Shown: positions 1-11,506 of the stretch, piece by piece
How positions within the stretch are numbered: the first letter of the stretch is position 1
Layout of the letters: the number at the start of each line of letters is the position of its first letter
Assembly: GCA_040357565.1 (NCBI GenBank)
Contig: JBDODJ010000043.1
DNA length: 64,000 nucleotides
DNA from: Cercozoa sp. M6MM
Lineage: Eukaryota; Protista; Endomyxa: Ascetosporea
Reading direction: 5' to 3' (one strand)
The notes under the pieces: model-generated
What the model was told of the DNA's origin: nothing
Databases searched by the model: none
Seen by the model: only the letters and a program-made list of their open reading frames with translations
Program-made: the position numbers and the translations under genes

Positions 1-2038
1 CGCTCGGCGTGCGCACGACGGTAGGCACCCTGGGGGGGGGGGGGGGGGAACGGGGGTAAGCGGGCGGTAAGGGTAAGGGTAAGGGTAAGAGGTAAGTAAG
101 GGTAAGGATAAGGGGTAAGGGTAAGGGGTAAGGGGGTAAATAAGGGTAATGGGTAAGGAGGTAAGGGGGTACCAAAGCCACATGCAGCTCAGTCGGCGCA
201 ATCGGCCGCGACAGCACATGGCCACTGGTGATCTCGTCACTCACTGCACATGACCACACAGCCCGATCAATCGATCGCGCAGTCAGTAGAACACGCAGTC
301 AGTGGAACAAGCAGTCAGTGGAACACGTGCTACCTTCGTAGTGCGCAAACATTGCGCGCAGCACGTTGGGCCGATCCGTCACGCACGCCATGTGGATCGG
401 GATGTCTGGGGGGGGGGGGGGGGTAAAGGGAGGAGTGAGAGCTGAGCTAAACTGTACCAGTAGATCGGCGCCATGCAGTCGCAACAGTTCCACAGTGAGC
501 GCATGACCGTGCTTGGCCGCCGTGATACATGGCGTCATGCCGTCATTATCTGGCGTGTCCTAAGGACAGGGGTAAGAGGGAGTAACAGAGGGTTAAGAGA
601 GAGTTATAGAGGGAGGGGATAAAGAGGGAGGGATAAAGAGGGAGGGATAAAGAGGGAGGGAAGGGATAAAGAGGGAGGGGATAAAGAGGGAGGAAGGGGA
701 TAAAGAAGGGGGTAAACAGGGGGTAAAACCACGCAGGTGTGCGCGCCGAGCGACAGCAGCGCCGACAGCACGCGCGTGTCGCCTCCCGCGGCGGCCCAGT
801 GCACCGTCGTTTGACCTCGCCTGTACAGTCATACACACGGTTCGCAGGTTGACACGTGCCAAGCGGCTACTCAGTGACACGTGTGAATGAAGGGGGGTAC
901 ATGTTCTGCGCACATGCCAATGCGTGCCGCTGCTGCCGCGTCTGCGTCGCCAGCATCTGCAGCTGCTCCTGTTCACGTAGGGGGTAAAGGGGGCAAGGGC
1001 TAGGGAGCAAAGGTGGGCTAGAGGGGCAAAGAGTTAAACCTCCGACAGCTGACGCAGCTGGCGCTGCAGCGCGCTGATTTTTCTCTGGCTGCCGTCGCTC
1101 TCATCAGTGACACCGTCGGTGGAACCGTCACTGGCGGCATCATCAGTGACGGTGGTATCATCAATGACAGTGACACCGTCCTCCAGATCAATCTCCGAGA
1201 GTCGCGCGCGACGTGCCAACTCGGCCTCCATGCGCGTCAGTCGCTCGGCGTGCGCACGACGGTAGGCACCCTGGGGGGGGGGGGGGGGTAAAGGGGATAA
1301 AGAGGCAAGAGGGGTAAGGTAAGAGGGGTATGGAAGCGGTAAAGAAGCGAAGAGTAAAGCTACCAGAAGTGCGCGCAAGGAGAGAGGCTTGCGATGCCAT
1401 GCGATCCAGTGTAGCGCCGTATTTCCATCCTGTACACATCAACGACTCACACCGCATCCTGTACATATGGACACACATTGGTACCTTGTCCCGAACTGCG
1501 ACTGTAGCCATGGCATCAGCACTAACTCTGTCCATTTATACGGTCATATAGGACAGGACAGGACAGGACACACAGAGCACAGCACGGACTACCCTGAGCT
1601 GTTGAGCACTTCAGCGAGTTTCGCGTCGTCAAAGACGCCGCTGCGGACCACCTGGAATCGGAAAGGTAAGCAGCTACAGGGGTAAAGTAGCACAGGCGGC
1701 AAGGGTCAATGTGTACCTGCAAAAGCCGGCTGGGATTGCGAACGTCCTTCCAAATCCAATCGTAAGAGGGGGGGGGGGGCATAGAAGGGTATGGGGAGGG
1801 GTACATCAGGCAATGCCGGCAGCGAGGGTTGGGCGTGCGAGCAGCAGCCACCCCCGTGGCTGTGACCGTGGTTGTGACCACCGTGATCGTGACTGTGACT
1901 GTGACCGCCATGGCCGTGACTGTGACCGTGCTGATGACTGTGCTGATGACTATGACTCGCAGCACTCTGCGTCTGCTGCTCGGTCGATGCCGCACTCGGC
2001 ACTTCCGGCAAGTCAATCTCCAGGAACGCCCTCGACAT
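1..2038 (-). CDS. His-rich N-terminus plus ankyrin-repeat protein, resembling the N-terminal half of Akr1/ZDHHC17-type palmitoyltransferases (multi-exon, partial, probably misassembled at its 3' end)
   Basis: Spliced exons give MSRAFLEIDLPEV...HSHQHSHQHGHSHGHGGHSHSHDHGGHNHGHSHGGGCC, then ankyrin repeats DKDGNTALHWIAWHRK, NMRGQTTVHWAAAGGD, DNDGMTPCITAAKHGH and DIPIHMACVTDR. No DHHC domain is visible in the window, so the family call is inference. Confidence 0.65.
56..170 (+). repeat. Degenerate (TAAGGG)n telomere-like repeat inside an intron
   Basis: ggtaagggtaagggtaagggtaagaggtaagtaagggtaagg... read directly. Confidence 0.8.
570..727 (+). repeat. Purine-rich intronic minisatellite (GGGATAAAGAGGGA-like units)
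   Basis: Several near-identical gggataaagagggag units. Confidence 0.8.
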
Positions 2039-2565
2039 GCTGCGTCCGTTTGTACCTGCACAAATCACGCAAAGACCACTTATCCAACGCACGCACAGCC
2101 AAACGAATCGCACAGAGATTTGCACTCCTACAAAGATCATCATCTCACCGTCGAGCGTCAGCTCGAATAATTCGTGCGCACAAGTCTACGGAACAACTGC
2201 ACACCAACGCTGCTGCAGCTGCTCAGTTTTTCGTTCTAAATCCCCAGCCGCTCAAACTTCGCGCCCTTAATCACTCACCGAGTTGATCATGTGGCTCCGA
2301 CACACGGACTTTCCATGAAGTGGAACTCCATGCAGACATGAAACTCCGTTGAGCAGACAAAGAGAAACAGAAGTTGTTTCTTCCGTCAGGTTCAATTTCA
2401 ATTTTCGCACGTATTTGTTAAAGTGGCGGTCACTTGATTGTTTGAGCCACCGCAGGCATCGTGTCCCGTCGTGTTAGGATCTCCGTTCAGAAATATATCG
2501 CCCAACGCAAGCTCTCACAGCCGTAGCACTGAATATTGATTTTTTCATCATGTTTCGCTCCAGAA

Positions 2566-4227
2566 ATGTCGAGTTTTCGCGTTCGTTCTGTCCTGTTAAG
2601 CTGTTCACTGTGCCTCAGGTGCATAATGTAGTGTTTTGATGCACCACATATGCTGTGTCAGCGGACCCATCTTTTTGAGAGCGCGAAGATTTTTGTTTTT
2701 TGGACGCAGTGACTTGATAGTTTTCTTGTGGCGACGCGTTTTGTGTGTCAGATGCCACCGGGACGACAAAGGTATATCGCAGCGTTGCAAGGGCCGGTAC
2801 CGTTTGTTTAGACATAAAGCTGAGTGCAAATGAAGTCAATTATGTCAATAGTCGACCCCGAGTTTCACGGACCAGGAGGATTTTCCCGTGCTCGGACGAC
2901 CGTCGTCTGCAGCCGACAGTCAAGTGAGCAGTCACAATTCGAGACAAGGACGGTCACCATTACCAACGCATTCACCGTTGCCACAACATCTTCAGGTGCA
3001 CTTGCTTTGCCTGCTAAACTGTCCTACTGAATGATGCTCGCTGATGGGAATGTTCATTCATAGCATTCACAAAGGAGTCACCTCCATCAGTCGCCACAGT
3101 CTCCACCGGCTCAAGAACCGGTAAAACCTCGAACTGTAGTCATTTTGTCGTTGTGTTACACACAAGCTTGACACAGAAGAGAAGCACGGATCCTGATCAC
3201 GCCGCACAGACCAACTTTGGCCTGGCTGTACCGCTTGCTTTCCCTTTGTTTTGTGTGCAGTTTTGTCGAGATGCAGCGTACAAAATGGGAGCTTTGTATA
3301 GGGCTTGCTGCCGGTGATAAAACCGACGAACGGCGAGCCGTACGCGCTTGCTGTGGTGTCTATCTTTCGTGTCATTTATTCTCGGTTTATTTTCACTTGA
3401 CTCCCATGATAGGGCTGCGATCTCACGAAACTCGGTTCATTGCAGCTGCAGCAATCAGAGTACGTCTGTTCTCTGATTGCCGTTGTTCTGACTCGGCGTG
3501 GGTTGTGTTAAACGCACGCAGACCGATCTACTCGACCTACGTGTCACCATGGGCGACACATCCTTCGCAGCGCGAACCGGCCCCTGTGCTGCCTGTCTGT
3601 ACCTCTGCCCGTTCTTCCTCTTGGCTTGGTGTATGTGTCTGCTCGCGCAGGCTATTACAAACAACCACCAGCATTGACGCCCACACACATCACCAAGGTA
3701 ACAATCGATGTGTTCCGACTACTGTATATAATGTATGTGTGTTTGTGCATGTTAGTTCGACGTCCACACGCTGTTTTACATGTTCTACAGTATGCCACGC
3801 GACATGATGCAACTCATGGCTGCTCGGTAAAATTTGATGGCAGTTTAAACTCCACAAACAGTTGAATGTGCTTGTGTGACGCGCAGAGAGCTTTACAATC
3901 GACAGTGGCGCTACCACAAGCAATTGAGGCTATTTTTCAGGTGCTTTTCCTGGCATAAACATGAATTTTCCCAGGCCAAGACTAAACCTTTTTGTTTGAC
4001 AGACGCGAGAACAGGCCAGACGCTCCGTTGCAAGTATTTGACGTGCAGAACTTCTGTCAGGTGCCTTGGCCGTCACGGCAGGTAGTCTTGCTTGAGTTGG
4101 CACAAGAGAAGTATCCATTTCGGGTTTGCTGTTGTTGTTACAGCAAGTACCCAACGTGGGTGATCCTAACAACGAGCACAATGTGCAATTCATGCAACGT
4201 GCCGAGTTAGACGAGTACATCCGATGA
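2566..4227 (+). CDS. CNOT2: CCR4-NOT complex subunit NOT2 (NOT2/3/5 domain), multi-exon; start may be 2566 or 2752
   Basis: Spliced peptide: ...EDFPVLG...NFGLAGLLPVIK...ALAVGCDLTKLG...PIYSTYVSPWA...FDVHTLFYMFYSMPRDMMQLMAARELYNRQWRYHKQLRLFF, the NOT-box signature; stop TGA 4225-4227. Confidence 0.9.
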
Positions 4228-4394
4228 CGCCGGCGGATGTGCTCAGTGACTGATCGATTCATTTTCAAAGTAACAGTTACAGTTTCCGTTTAGTGAAACT
4301 TCAAATTCAAGCGCTAACAAAAGACGCAACGCAAATTAAGAAACGATGGCACATGGCATCCGTCAAGATGTGATTATATGATATCCGTGGCGAC

Positions 4395-6304
4395 CTAGGC
4401 GGTTTCGTGGAGATCACCAATGATATCGTTGTGGAGACCGCGCGACAGGTCGCGCACCTCGGCGATGCTGCCGTGCTGCTTGCCGTACGCCAACTGTCGT
4501 GCACGCGAATTCGGGTTGTCGGCCTGTGTGACATGTGTAAGCGACAAGGACAGACACCAAAGAAGCAGCACAGCACCTCAAGGTCGACGAGCTGCAGGTA
4601 CATGCCGGTGCGGTTGTCGGTATGAGCACCCTGAATACAAAAGTATTACAAAGACGGAGTAGGTAGGTGCTGTGTAAAGAAGGCAGATACCTCGTTGGCA
4701 AGGGCAAAGCGCGCATAGTCGGTGTCACCGCACAGCGGCGCATCGATACCGATGCTCATCTCGCTAAGCATACTGGCGGCCAGCAGGTAGGGCCGCAGGT
4801 CCTCGCGGCGCAGCGCGTCATCGCTGATGATGAGCGTGTGCGCGTCGCCGTCCAACTGTCAGTTTCGAGAAATTAGGGCAAATGGTAAAATACTCAAGAG
4901 ATTGAGTACCATTCGGCGCACAGTGTCCAGCACAATTTCGGCCGATGTCGACTTGGTCACCGGCAGGGTTTGAATGTACTACGAAGGAGATACCAAGAGG
5001 AGTCAGGGGGGGGGGTAACATGGTAGAACATGTGCAAGTGTACGCGGCTATCCTCGTAGTCCTTAAGCTTCTTGAGCTCATAGGCACGCTCGTCGCTGCT
5101 GGCGAAGATCAGGTAGTTCAGTGCATGCAGCGACTCGCTGCACACAAGGGACGATAGATATAATGTACACGTGGGACAAACAAAAGAGGTACGCTGTCTG
5201 GGTGTGGTATCTCGCATAGTGGTTCATGGCATTAACGGCCACGTTGTTGCACGCGGCACGCTCCGTGCGCGTGAAGGCAAAATGAAGCGACGGCACGCGC
5301 GGCAGCAGACTTGCCACGTTCGACGCGTCCGTCGGCGCCGGCAGCCTATACACCGCACCCATGAGTCTCAACATCTTTCGCCCCTTTTAGTCCTTCAACC
5401 CCCTCCCCCATGTGCATGCCACGGTACGATTCGCCACTGCCAAAGACGTAGAGCAGTCGGCGCGCAAAGTACGACTGCTTGCCGACAGCGAGAACAGCGG
5501 CGTCAGTCACGAGCTTCTTACGAATGTCCACGATGTGCGGAACGTAGCCCTACGATTGTACATACTTCGAGGGGGCAAAGGAGCCAAGAAAGCATGGAAC
5601 AACAGTACATGTGAGCATAGCAAGTCAGCCTCGCTCAGCACAAGTGCCTGCACATCGGCCAAGGCGCCTTCTTTGGTCTTTCGCGCGTCGATCGGGCTCC
5701 AGACCTCGACGTTAGGCACATTGACCTTCTGCTTCAGCGACTCGACCTCGTGCTCCGGCGCCAAAAGCACCGTGCGACCTGTGTAAATAAAACATCATGT
5801 ATCAGCAAACTACAGCTTTGAAGGCAATGATACCCTGCGCAGCAAGGGCAGCCAACTTCGCCGCAGCCTCGCCCTCCAGCACACTGCCAGACAGGAACGT
5901 GGTTTCGCGCGACACCTGCTCAGACGCGCGTGTCTCGACAAGCAAAAGCGACAACTCCAAGGTACCTGCTTAAGCGGCTCGGCGAGAGCGCTCGGAGTGG
6001 CCGCGCTCTCCATGGCCGCCGTCGGCTTCCATGGGTTCACCGACTGCAAACCTTGCCAGTCGCGCCTCAGCTGCTCACGCGACGGCATCTTGGAGCTACA
6101 CACGTCAAAATATCGAAAGCAAAATTAACTTGATTGGAAATTGCAGCAACAATTGAAAACGCACTAGGCAGTGAACGGATTGTCGTTAAAGTAGCCCGGC
6201 AAATTGTCGAGCATGTTCTGTCGCGAGCGCTCACTCGCCTCAGACGAAGCGAGTAGTCTGAGCGAGCTCTTCGCGGCTCGACGCGTGAAACGACACACCT
6301 GCAT
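4395..6304 (-). CDS. Degenerate (pseudo) DEAD-box RNA helicase with predicted mitochondrial presequence, multi-exon
   Basis: N-terminus MQVCRFTRRAAKSSLRLLASS; motif remnants in correct order: VLLAPEHE (Ia), VWSPID (Ib), LVLSEADLLCSHGYVPHI (II, SEAD), YLIFASS (IV), TLIISDDALRREDL (V), IDAP..DYARF (VI region); exon phases consistent with no internal stops. Confidence 0.7.
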
Positions 6305-6496
6305 GCGTGAGAACGCCGGTGATAACGTCGATGCGCTCGCTGAGCGTACTTAGGAATGATGCAACCCGCAGGAGCGCCGGATTTTGTTGTATTTTTGTGT
6401 GCCGGTTTGGACCGATTTGCAACAGCGACAAACCTGCAGCCTGCACAGATTAGCACGCCTGGTGTTCTCAGGAGTCTGCATCGACACAGAAGAACA

Positions 6497-6990
6497 ATGG
6501 TGAAGTACTGGATCAACCCGGTTGACTTCGGTCGTGTGTGGAACCGCACGATCCGTCGAGTGCCGTTGCCGATGGGTGAGACGCTCGAGTCGCGCTACCT
6601 CCCCATTGCGCCGCCGTTCCTGCAGCGTATCCTGCGTGGCGAGAAGTTCACGTTCTGGCTCGCTCGCCACCCCGAGGTGCGTTTTTTCCAATTCGTTCTG
6701 ATTGTTGTGTTGATGTTGTTTGGTTTTTGTGCCGCAGGAGGTCGTGCAGATGGCCGCCAACCGCATGTTCAAGCAGTTCCAGGTGCCGCACAAGACGACC
6801 CGTCGCGTCATCTATGGCGCAGCTGGTCTGTCGCTTTTCTCGCCGGTACAGTTTGCGTTTACTGCAGCTCAAGTGTTTGTTGATGCGGCTGTTCTGTGTG
6901 CTTGCGCAGGCACTCTACCGCTACCAGATCGGCGAGGTGCAGCGATTCAACAGCAACGACGTGCACCGCGGCCCGCCGGCCTTCCAGTAA
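6497..6990 (+). CDS. Small (~120 aa) codon-biased single-TM protein; candidate mitochondrial inner-membrane subunit (ATP synthase subunit f-like)
   Basis: 3 exons: MVKYWINPVDFG...EKFTFWLARHPE|EVVQMAANRMFKQF...VIYGAAGLSLFSP|ALYRYQIGEVQRF...PPAFQ*; strong C/G third-position bias as in RPL21. The subunit identity is inference only. Confidence 0.55.
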
Positions 6991-7241
6991 GCGGACGGTG
7001 CCATTCGCGCACTCAGACTGCCGGTGTAGAGTTGCCCTGGCAACGTGATTTCTGCAAAGTTTCTCTGTTTTTGACTCTGCGCACTCGTCCAACGTTGGTT
7101 GGTTTGTACGACACATTAGCTATCTAAACTGACGCAGTGAGTGTTATCATTCAATGAGACGTCCGAAACAACCCGACTGGGAACACTGCTCGGAGCCTGA
7201 ACCTCAGGCTACTTGAGGTTGAGGTCGAGGTCGGTGGAAGT

Positions 7242-8204
7242 TTAGACACGGCCCTGCTGCTTGAGCATGAGCAGAAGCTTGCGCATGCGGTCGACGTCGC
7301 GGCTTTCGGACGCCTTGGACGACAGATCAACGAGCTTGCCAACCTGCAGGAACAGACATCAAGGGAGGATAGGACGGGGTGGGTCAACGAAGCACACCTT
7401 CTGCCAGAGATCGCCAGACTCCATGACACTCTCCAGCTCTCGGTTTTGTCGCTGCTCGGCCGCTCTGTACAGAGACACAGGAAAAAGGTTAAAGTTCAGC
7501 AGTGGAACAAAGGACAGACGAGAAACTACAGGTTATCGTCGTGCGTGCGCTTGATGAGCGCCTCGCGCTTGGCCAGCGCGTCGGCGATGTCCTGCTGTGC
7601 CTGCAGGCGCGCCTGCTTCTTGTTCTGGCGGAACTATGATGGCATCAGGAGGAAGTAACCACGCAACTGTGCAGAGTAAATAAAACAGGACGAAGGCACC
7701 TCCTCGCGCTTGGCAGCGAGTTCGGCGCGGTGCTCTTCGTTCCATCTAAACACGCACACATCGAAACAATGAGAGACTGCAGAGAACACTTCGTGCTGCT
7801 CTACCTAGACTGCGGTGTCGGCTCAGTCGGGACAACCTCCGCTGGAGCCGTCTCTTGGACATCAAAAGTCTCCGTCTGCTGCTGGTGCACCTGCATGTCG
7901 TCGAACTGAGCATCGTCGTCCAACAGAAGACCGTCACCATCGGCAGGCGCCGGCAGCACGGAAGCACCCTCGCCCGTGCCATCGAAACTGCCGCTGCCGT
8001 CATAGCTACCATAGTCACCGTGCGGTACATCACCAAACGGGTCTTCCTGTCCACGAGGAACCACATTGCGATACAAAAACGCCAAGACAAGAAAAGGCAG
8101 TAACGCACGTCATGATCGCCAAGCGGCGCATCCAACGCTTCGTCAAAGTTCAGGTCATCATGCAGCTCCGGCATGTCCGGCTGCGAGTCAAACGGGTCCT
8201 CCAT
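7242..8204 (-). CDS. CLC: Clathrin light chain, multi-exon
   Basis: Acidic DPF-containing N-terminus, RWNEEHRAELAAKREE coiled coil, C-terminal GDLWQKVGKLVDL...DVDRMRKLLLMLK typical of clathrin light chains. Confidence 0.85.
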
Positions 8205-8559
8205 CTGTACACGAACACAGCTGCATCTTTTGAAGACTCACAAGCACATCCTCAAAAAGCAAAAACACAAACCACACAAAAAGATGGGTGCATCTTACGG
8301 TTATAGGCGCTAGCGACGACGTTAAAGTAGCCACGGACACTGCCTGCTTGCTATCGTAAGACTGGTTGGCGCTGCGGCGCCGGTCGGTGCTTCCAGGCCC
8401 TGGCATGGCAACTCGTACAAATGGACGAACGGAGTTTTGCAAGAAAGAATATAATAAAGTATTAAAAACCAGGTGAAAATCTATTGATGCTCTACAGTTC
8501 CTTTTTTGCGCGAGTTAGTGCTAAATTGGACATAGTTTCTCGATAAAAGTTGCAGCATT

Positions 8560-10868
8560 ATGTCAGCTAATGACAAAATCTTCGAAGATGTAAGACACGA
8601 TATAGATGAATGTAACAGGAGTTCTATGTGTGCATGGACCACCCAGTTGCGCGACACTGTGCGCTGTATTCGAGTCGCGAGTCGCAATGTTGAGTCCTGG
8701 ACGATGCGCGAGCTTACCATGTGCGCTCTATGTCCTCCATATCGATCATACACCCTTCCTTATGTTGGTGTGGCTGTGCAAAAGTGGCTTGAGATACGTG
8801 GCTGAGCATCAAGCGCAGCAACGACGCCCTTGGACCTTGAGCAACCCAATTCGCGACATGACGACGTTGGCGCGATTCAAGCACTACCAAGAACTGTGTG
8901 TACCGTGGCTTGAGATAACTTGAATTGTGCTCTTAATGACAGGGTATGTGCTTGGGATACCGGCAGGAAGCAGCGTACAAACGCGACGTAGAGAGTCTTC
9001 TCGCGGTACAGAAATCAATTAGTGCAGCATGACTTGTGGTGATTGAGTTATTGGAGTCGAGATAGGAGTGTGCCATTCTGCGTGAGGACTTACTGGCGAA
9101 CTCTCTACGTGCTTCCACTTTGTACCTCTCTGTCATGTCCCACCCTCTGCCTTTGTTGTATGCTGACTCACGACTGTGTTAAACAGGCAGCCTGCCTTCT
9201 ATGTTGCAATTGATCGCGTTCAACGTTGTGTGACGTACTGACTTGTTCACCACATTCTCTGTCCTTAACTGTTTGAAAGGTTTCTTGTAGTGTGTGCATT
9301 CGAGGCACACAGTCTCTGAGTGACGCTATCACTGACCTCGCACTCACGTATTGTCCTCTTCGCTCCTTTGTGCCTTGTTGCCTTGGTATCTATTTCTTGG
9401 CAGCACAAGGCCCTTTCAAGACGGTCACGCGCATCGAGGCATGTTGCTGGCAGCGCAGTACGTCAAGTCGCGTGTGCACAATATTATCCTTTCGGCTCTC
9501 GGTACAGAGTGTTGTTTACTCTTGTTTTATTCACATTTATTGAATCCTTGAGTTAATGCAGAAGAGTATCCAAACTACGGACTCGTGTTTTGCGGACATT
9601 CGCTTGGGGCTGGTGTGGCAGCCTTGCTCTGCGTGAGTTTATTTTGTTGTTTTGAGATGTACCATTAGCCAAAGGTGTGCGCAGATGACGTATGTCGATG
9701 AGTACAAGTGGTTAAACCGCTGCAAGGCCGTGTGTATCGCGTGTCCTCCTGTTGTCGAGTACACTGTGTTCACCTTTGCCCCTCTCGCAGCCTCGATGAT
9801 TTGCCTCCTTGTTTTAGTCGCGAGCTGTCCTTGAAGTACGCAGCAAATATTGACACGATCGTGCTCGGATTCGACTTGGTGGCGCGCATGTCGATCTCGG
9901 CACTGCATCGCTTGCGACTCGAACTCGACCACATCGTACTTTTACCCGTATCTTTATTTTCTATTGGATCGTCTGTTCCTCTGAGTAGAATTGGGAAGAG
10001 CTCTGGAATCGCGACTGGCAAGAAACGCACGTGGTGAAAGTGTTCAACTCCATTAGCACGTCGGCACAACGACTTTGGTCGGCAGCGCGCGAGCTCACCT
10101 TCTCAGCTTCGACCACAACTACCACTACCACCACGTATCCGCTACCTACCTTTTTTTAACTGCCTTTACCCTTTTACTTATTTATCTCATCTAGCCCCTA
10201 CTTTTTCCATCTGCAGCACTATGGAAGAATCACAGGAAGAGACGGAACAAGAGGTCGCACGTGCTGCCCACTTGGGTACCTTGGTCTCAACTTTAGGACG
10301 AAAACTGAGATGCGTTTGTTGAGTAGAGCCACTGGAGGAGCTTCCGCCGCACCCGGAACTGCATCCACTCTTTTTGCCTGGCACGACATTCCACCTCGTG
10401 CGCGGAGGTACTGTTTATGCTCTGGTCGACACGGGTTGATTTGTATCTGTTTTACAGGTCTCCGAGGCACGCGTTTCTTCCTGTTGCAACGGGAAACACC
10501 TGAGTTGGAAGTATGTTCCACTTTGTTTTCTCCGGCTTTTAGTCCGGGAAGTCATTTCTCATGAATAGAACACCGGCGCGCCATTGCGTCGTCTCGAACT
10601 TGTGCACTTTCTTACCCTCTCATACCTTCTTTTGCCCTTTCCTACCTTCCTCTTACCTCCCTGCCCCTTTCATCTCCAACAGGTGCGATTTGCCATGTTG
10701 GACCATCTGAACTTGAAATACGGAGTCGCACTTGCCGATGCCATAAAGTACGCCCAGTACGGTAGCGAACTACTGGGTGGTTTCATGCCTACCGAAAGCA
10801 CGCTCGCAACGGAGTTGCTGCCGCAACGACCTGTCCCTGCTGAGCCCGAGATCGAGCCTGTCGATTGA
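8560..10868 (+). CDS. Class 3 lipase (DAG-lipase-like alpha/beta hydrolase), multi-exon
   Basis: QPAFYVAID, VCIRGTQSLSDAITDL, YGLVFCGHSLGAGVAALL (GxSxG near 9590-9615), AMLDH catalytic His region. Confidence 0.85.
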
Positions 10869-11436
10869 CGTCAAGTTTTTCAATCGGATGCTGAGTGCTC
10901 AAGTGAGTCAGTGAGCTCATGATCAACCTTGAGAAACAGATTACAGTAATTCCCACCAAAGTTATGTTTCTGACGTTTGTCAGTGAAAACATAAAAGAAG
11001 AAAGTCGTCATTAGACGAACGGAAGCGAGGGAATCAAATGAATCAGTTTGAAGAAGCGAAGTGAAGAATTACAACTGGTCCTTGCGTCAAAGTAGACGGA
11101 TTCGTAGACGGAATCGTCCGTCACGGGAATCGTGTAGAAAACACCTTCTTTCAGCTGATGCCAAGTAGATGAGGTTTCTCTTTGTCAACTCGCAGGCTCA
11201 ATCACAGAGCCACAAACCCTTAACTTTTCTATTTCTTATACCCTCGCCTATTACTACAAATCTGTCATAAGTTGCGGTAATTACAATTGTACTCGAAGCG
11301 TGCGGTAATTTTCGCTAAGATCAGCAACAGCCAGAACGTGGGGGCTAAATTCGCGTACTGCCGGTTTACTCTCCGCTCGAGTACAGTACTGACAAGGGAA
11401 AGTGGCTACAAAAGAGCAGTACTTTCCACTACTCAG

Positions 11437-11506
11437 TACTTCTTGTATTAGTGAGGATATAGGAAAGAAGTGGTAGTACTTCTTCACTACTTCTTGTATT
11501 AGTGAG
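11437..11506 (+). repeat. 19-bp perfect direct repeat TACTTCTTGTATTAGTGAG x2, period 51, abutting the DUF4291 ATG
   Basis: Copies at 11437-11455 and 11488-11506; ATG at 11507. Confidence 0.9.

Noticed and set aside
2288-2526. Possible TGA read-through/selenocysteine frame (MKLR*ADKEKQKLFLPS...)
   Set aside because: Lies in the divergent promoter/5' region of NOT2, has no recognisable homology or SECIS, and other genes use TGA as a normal stop.
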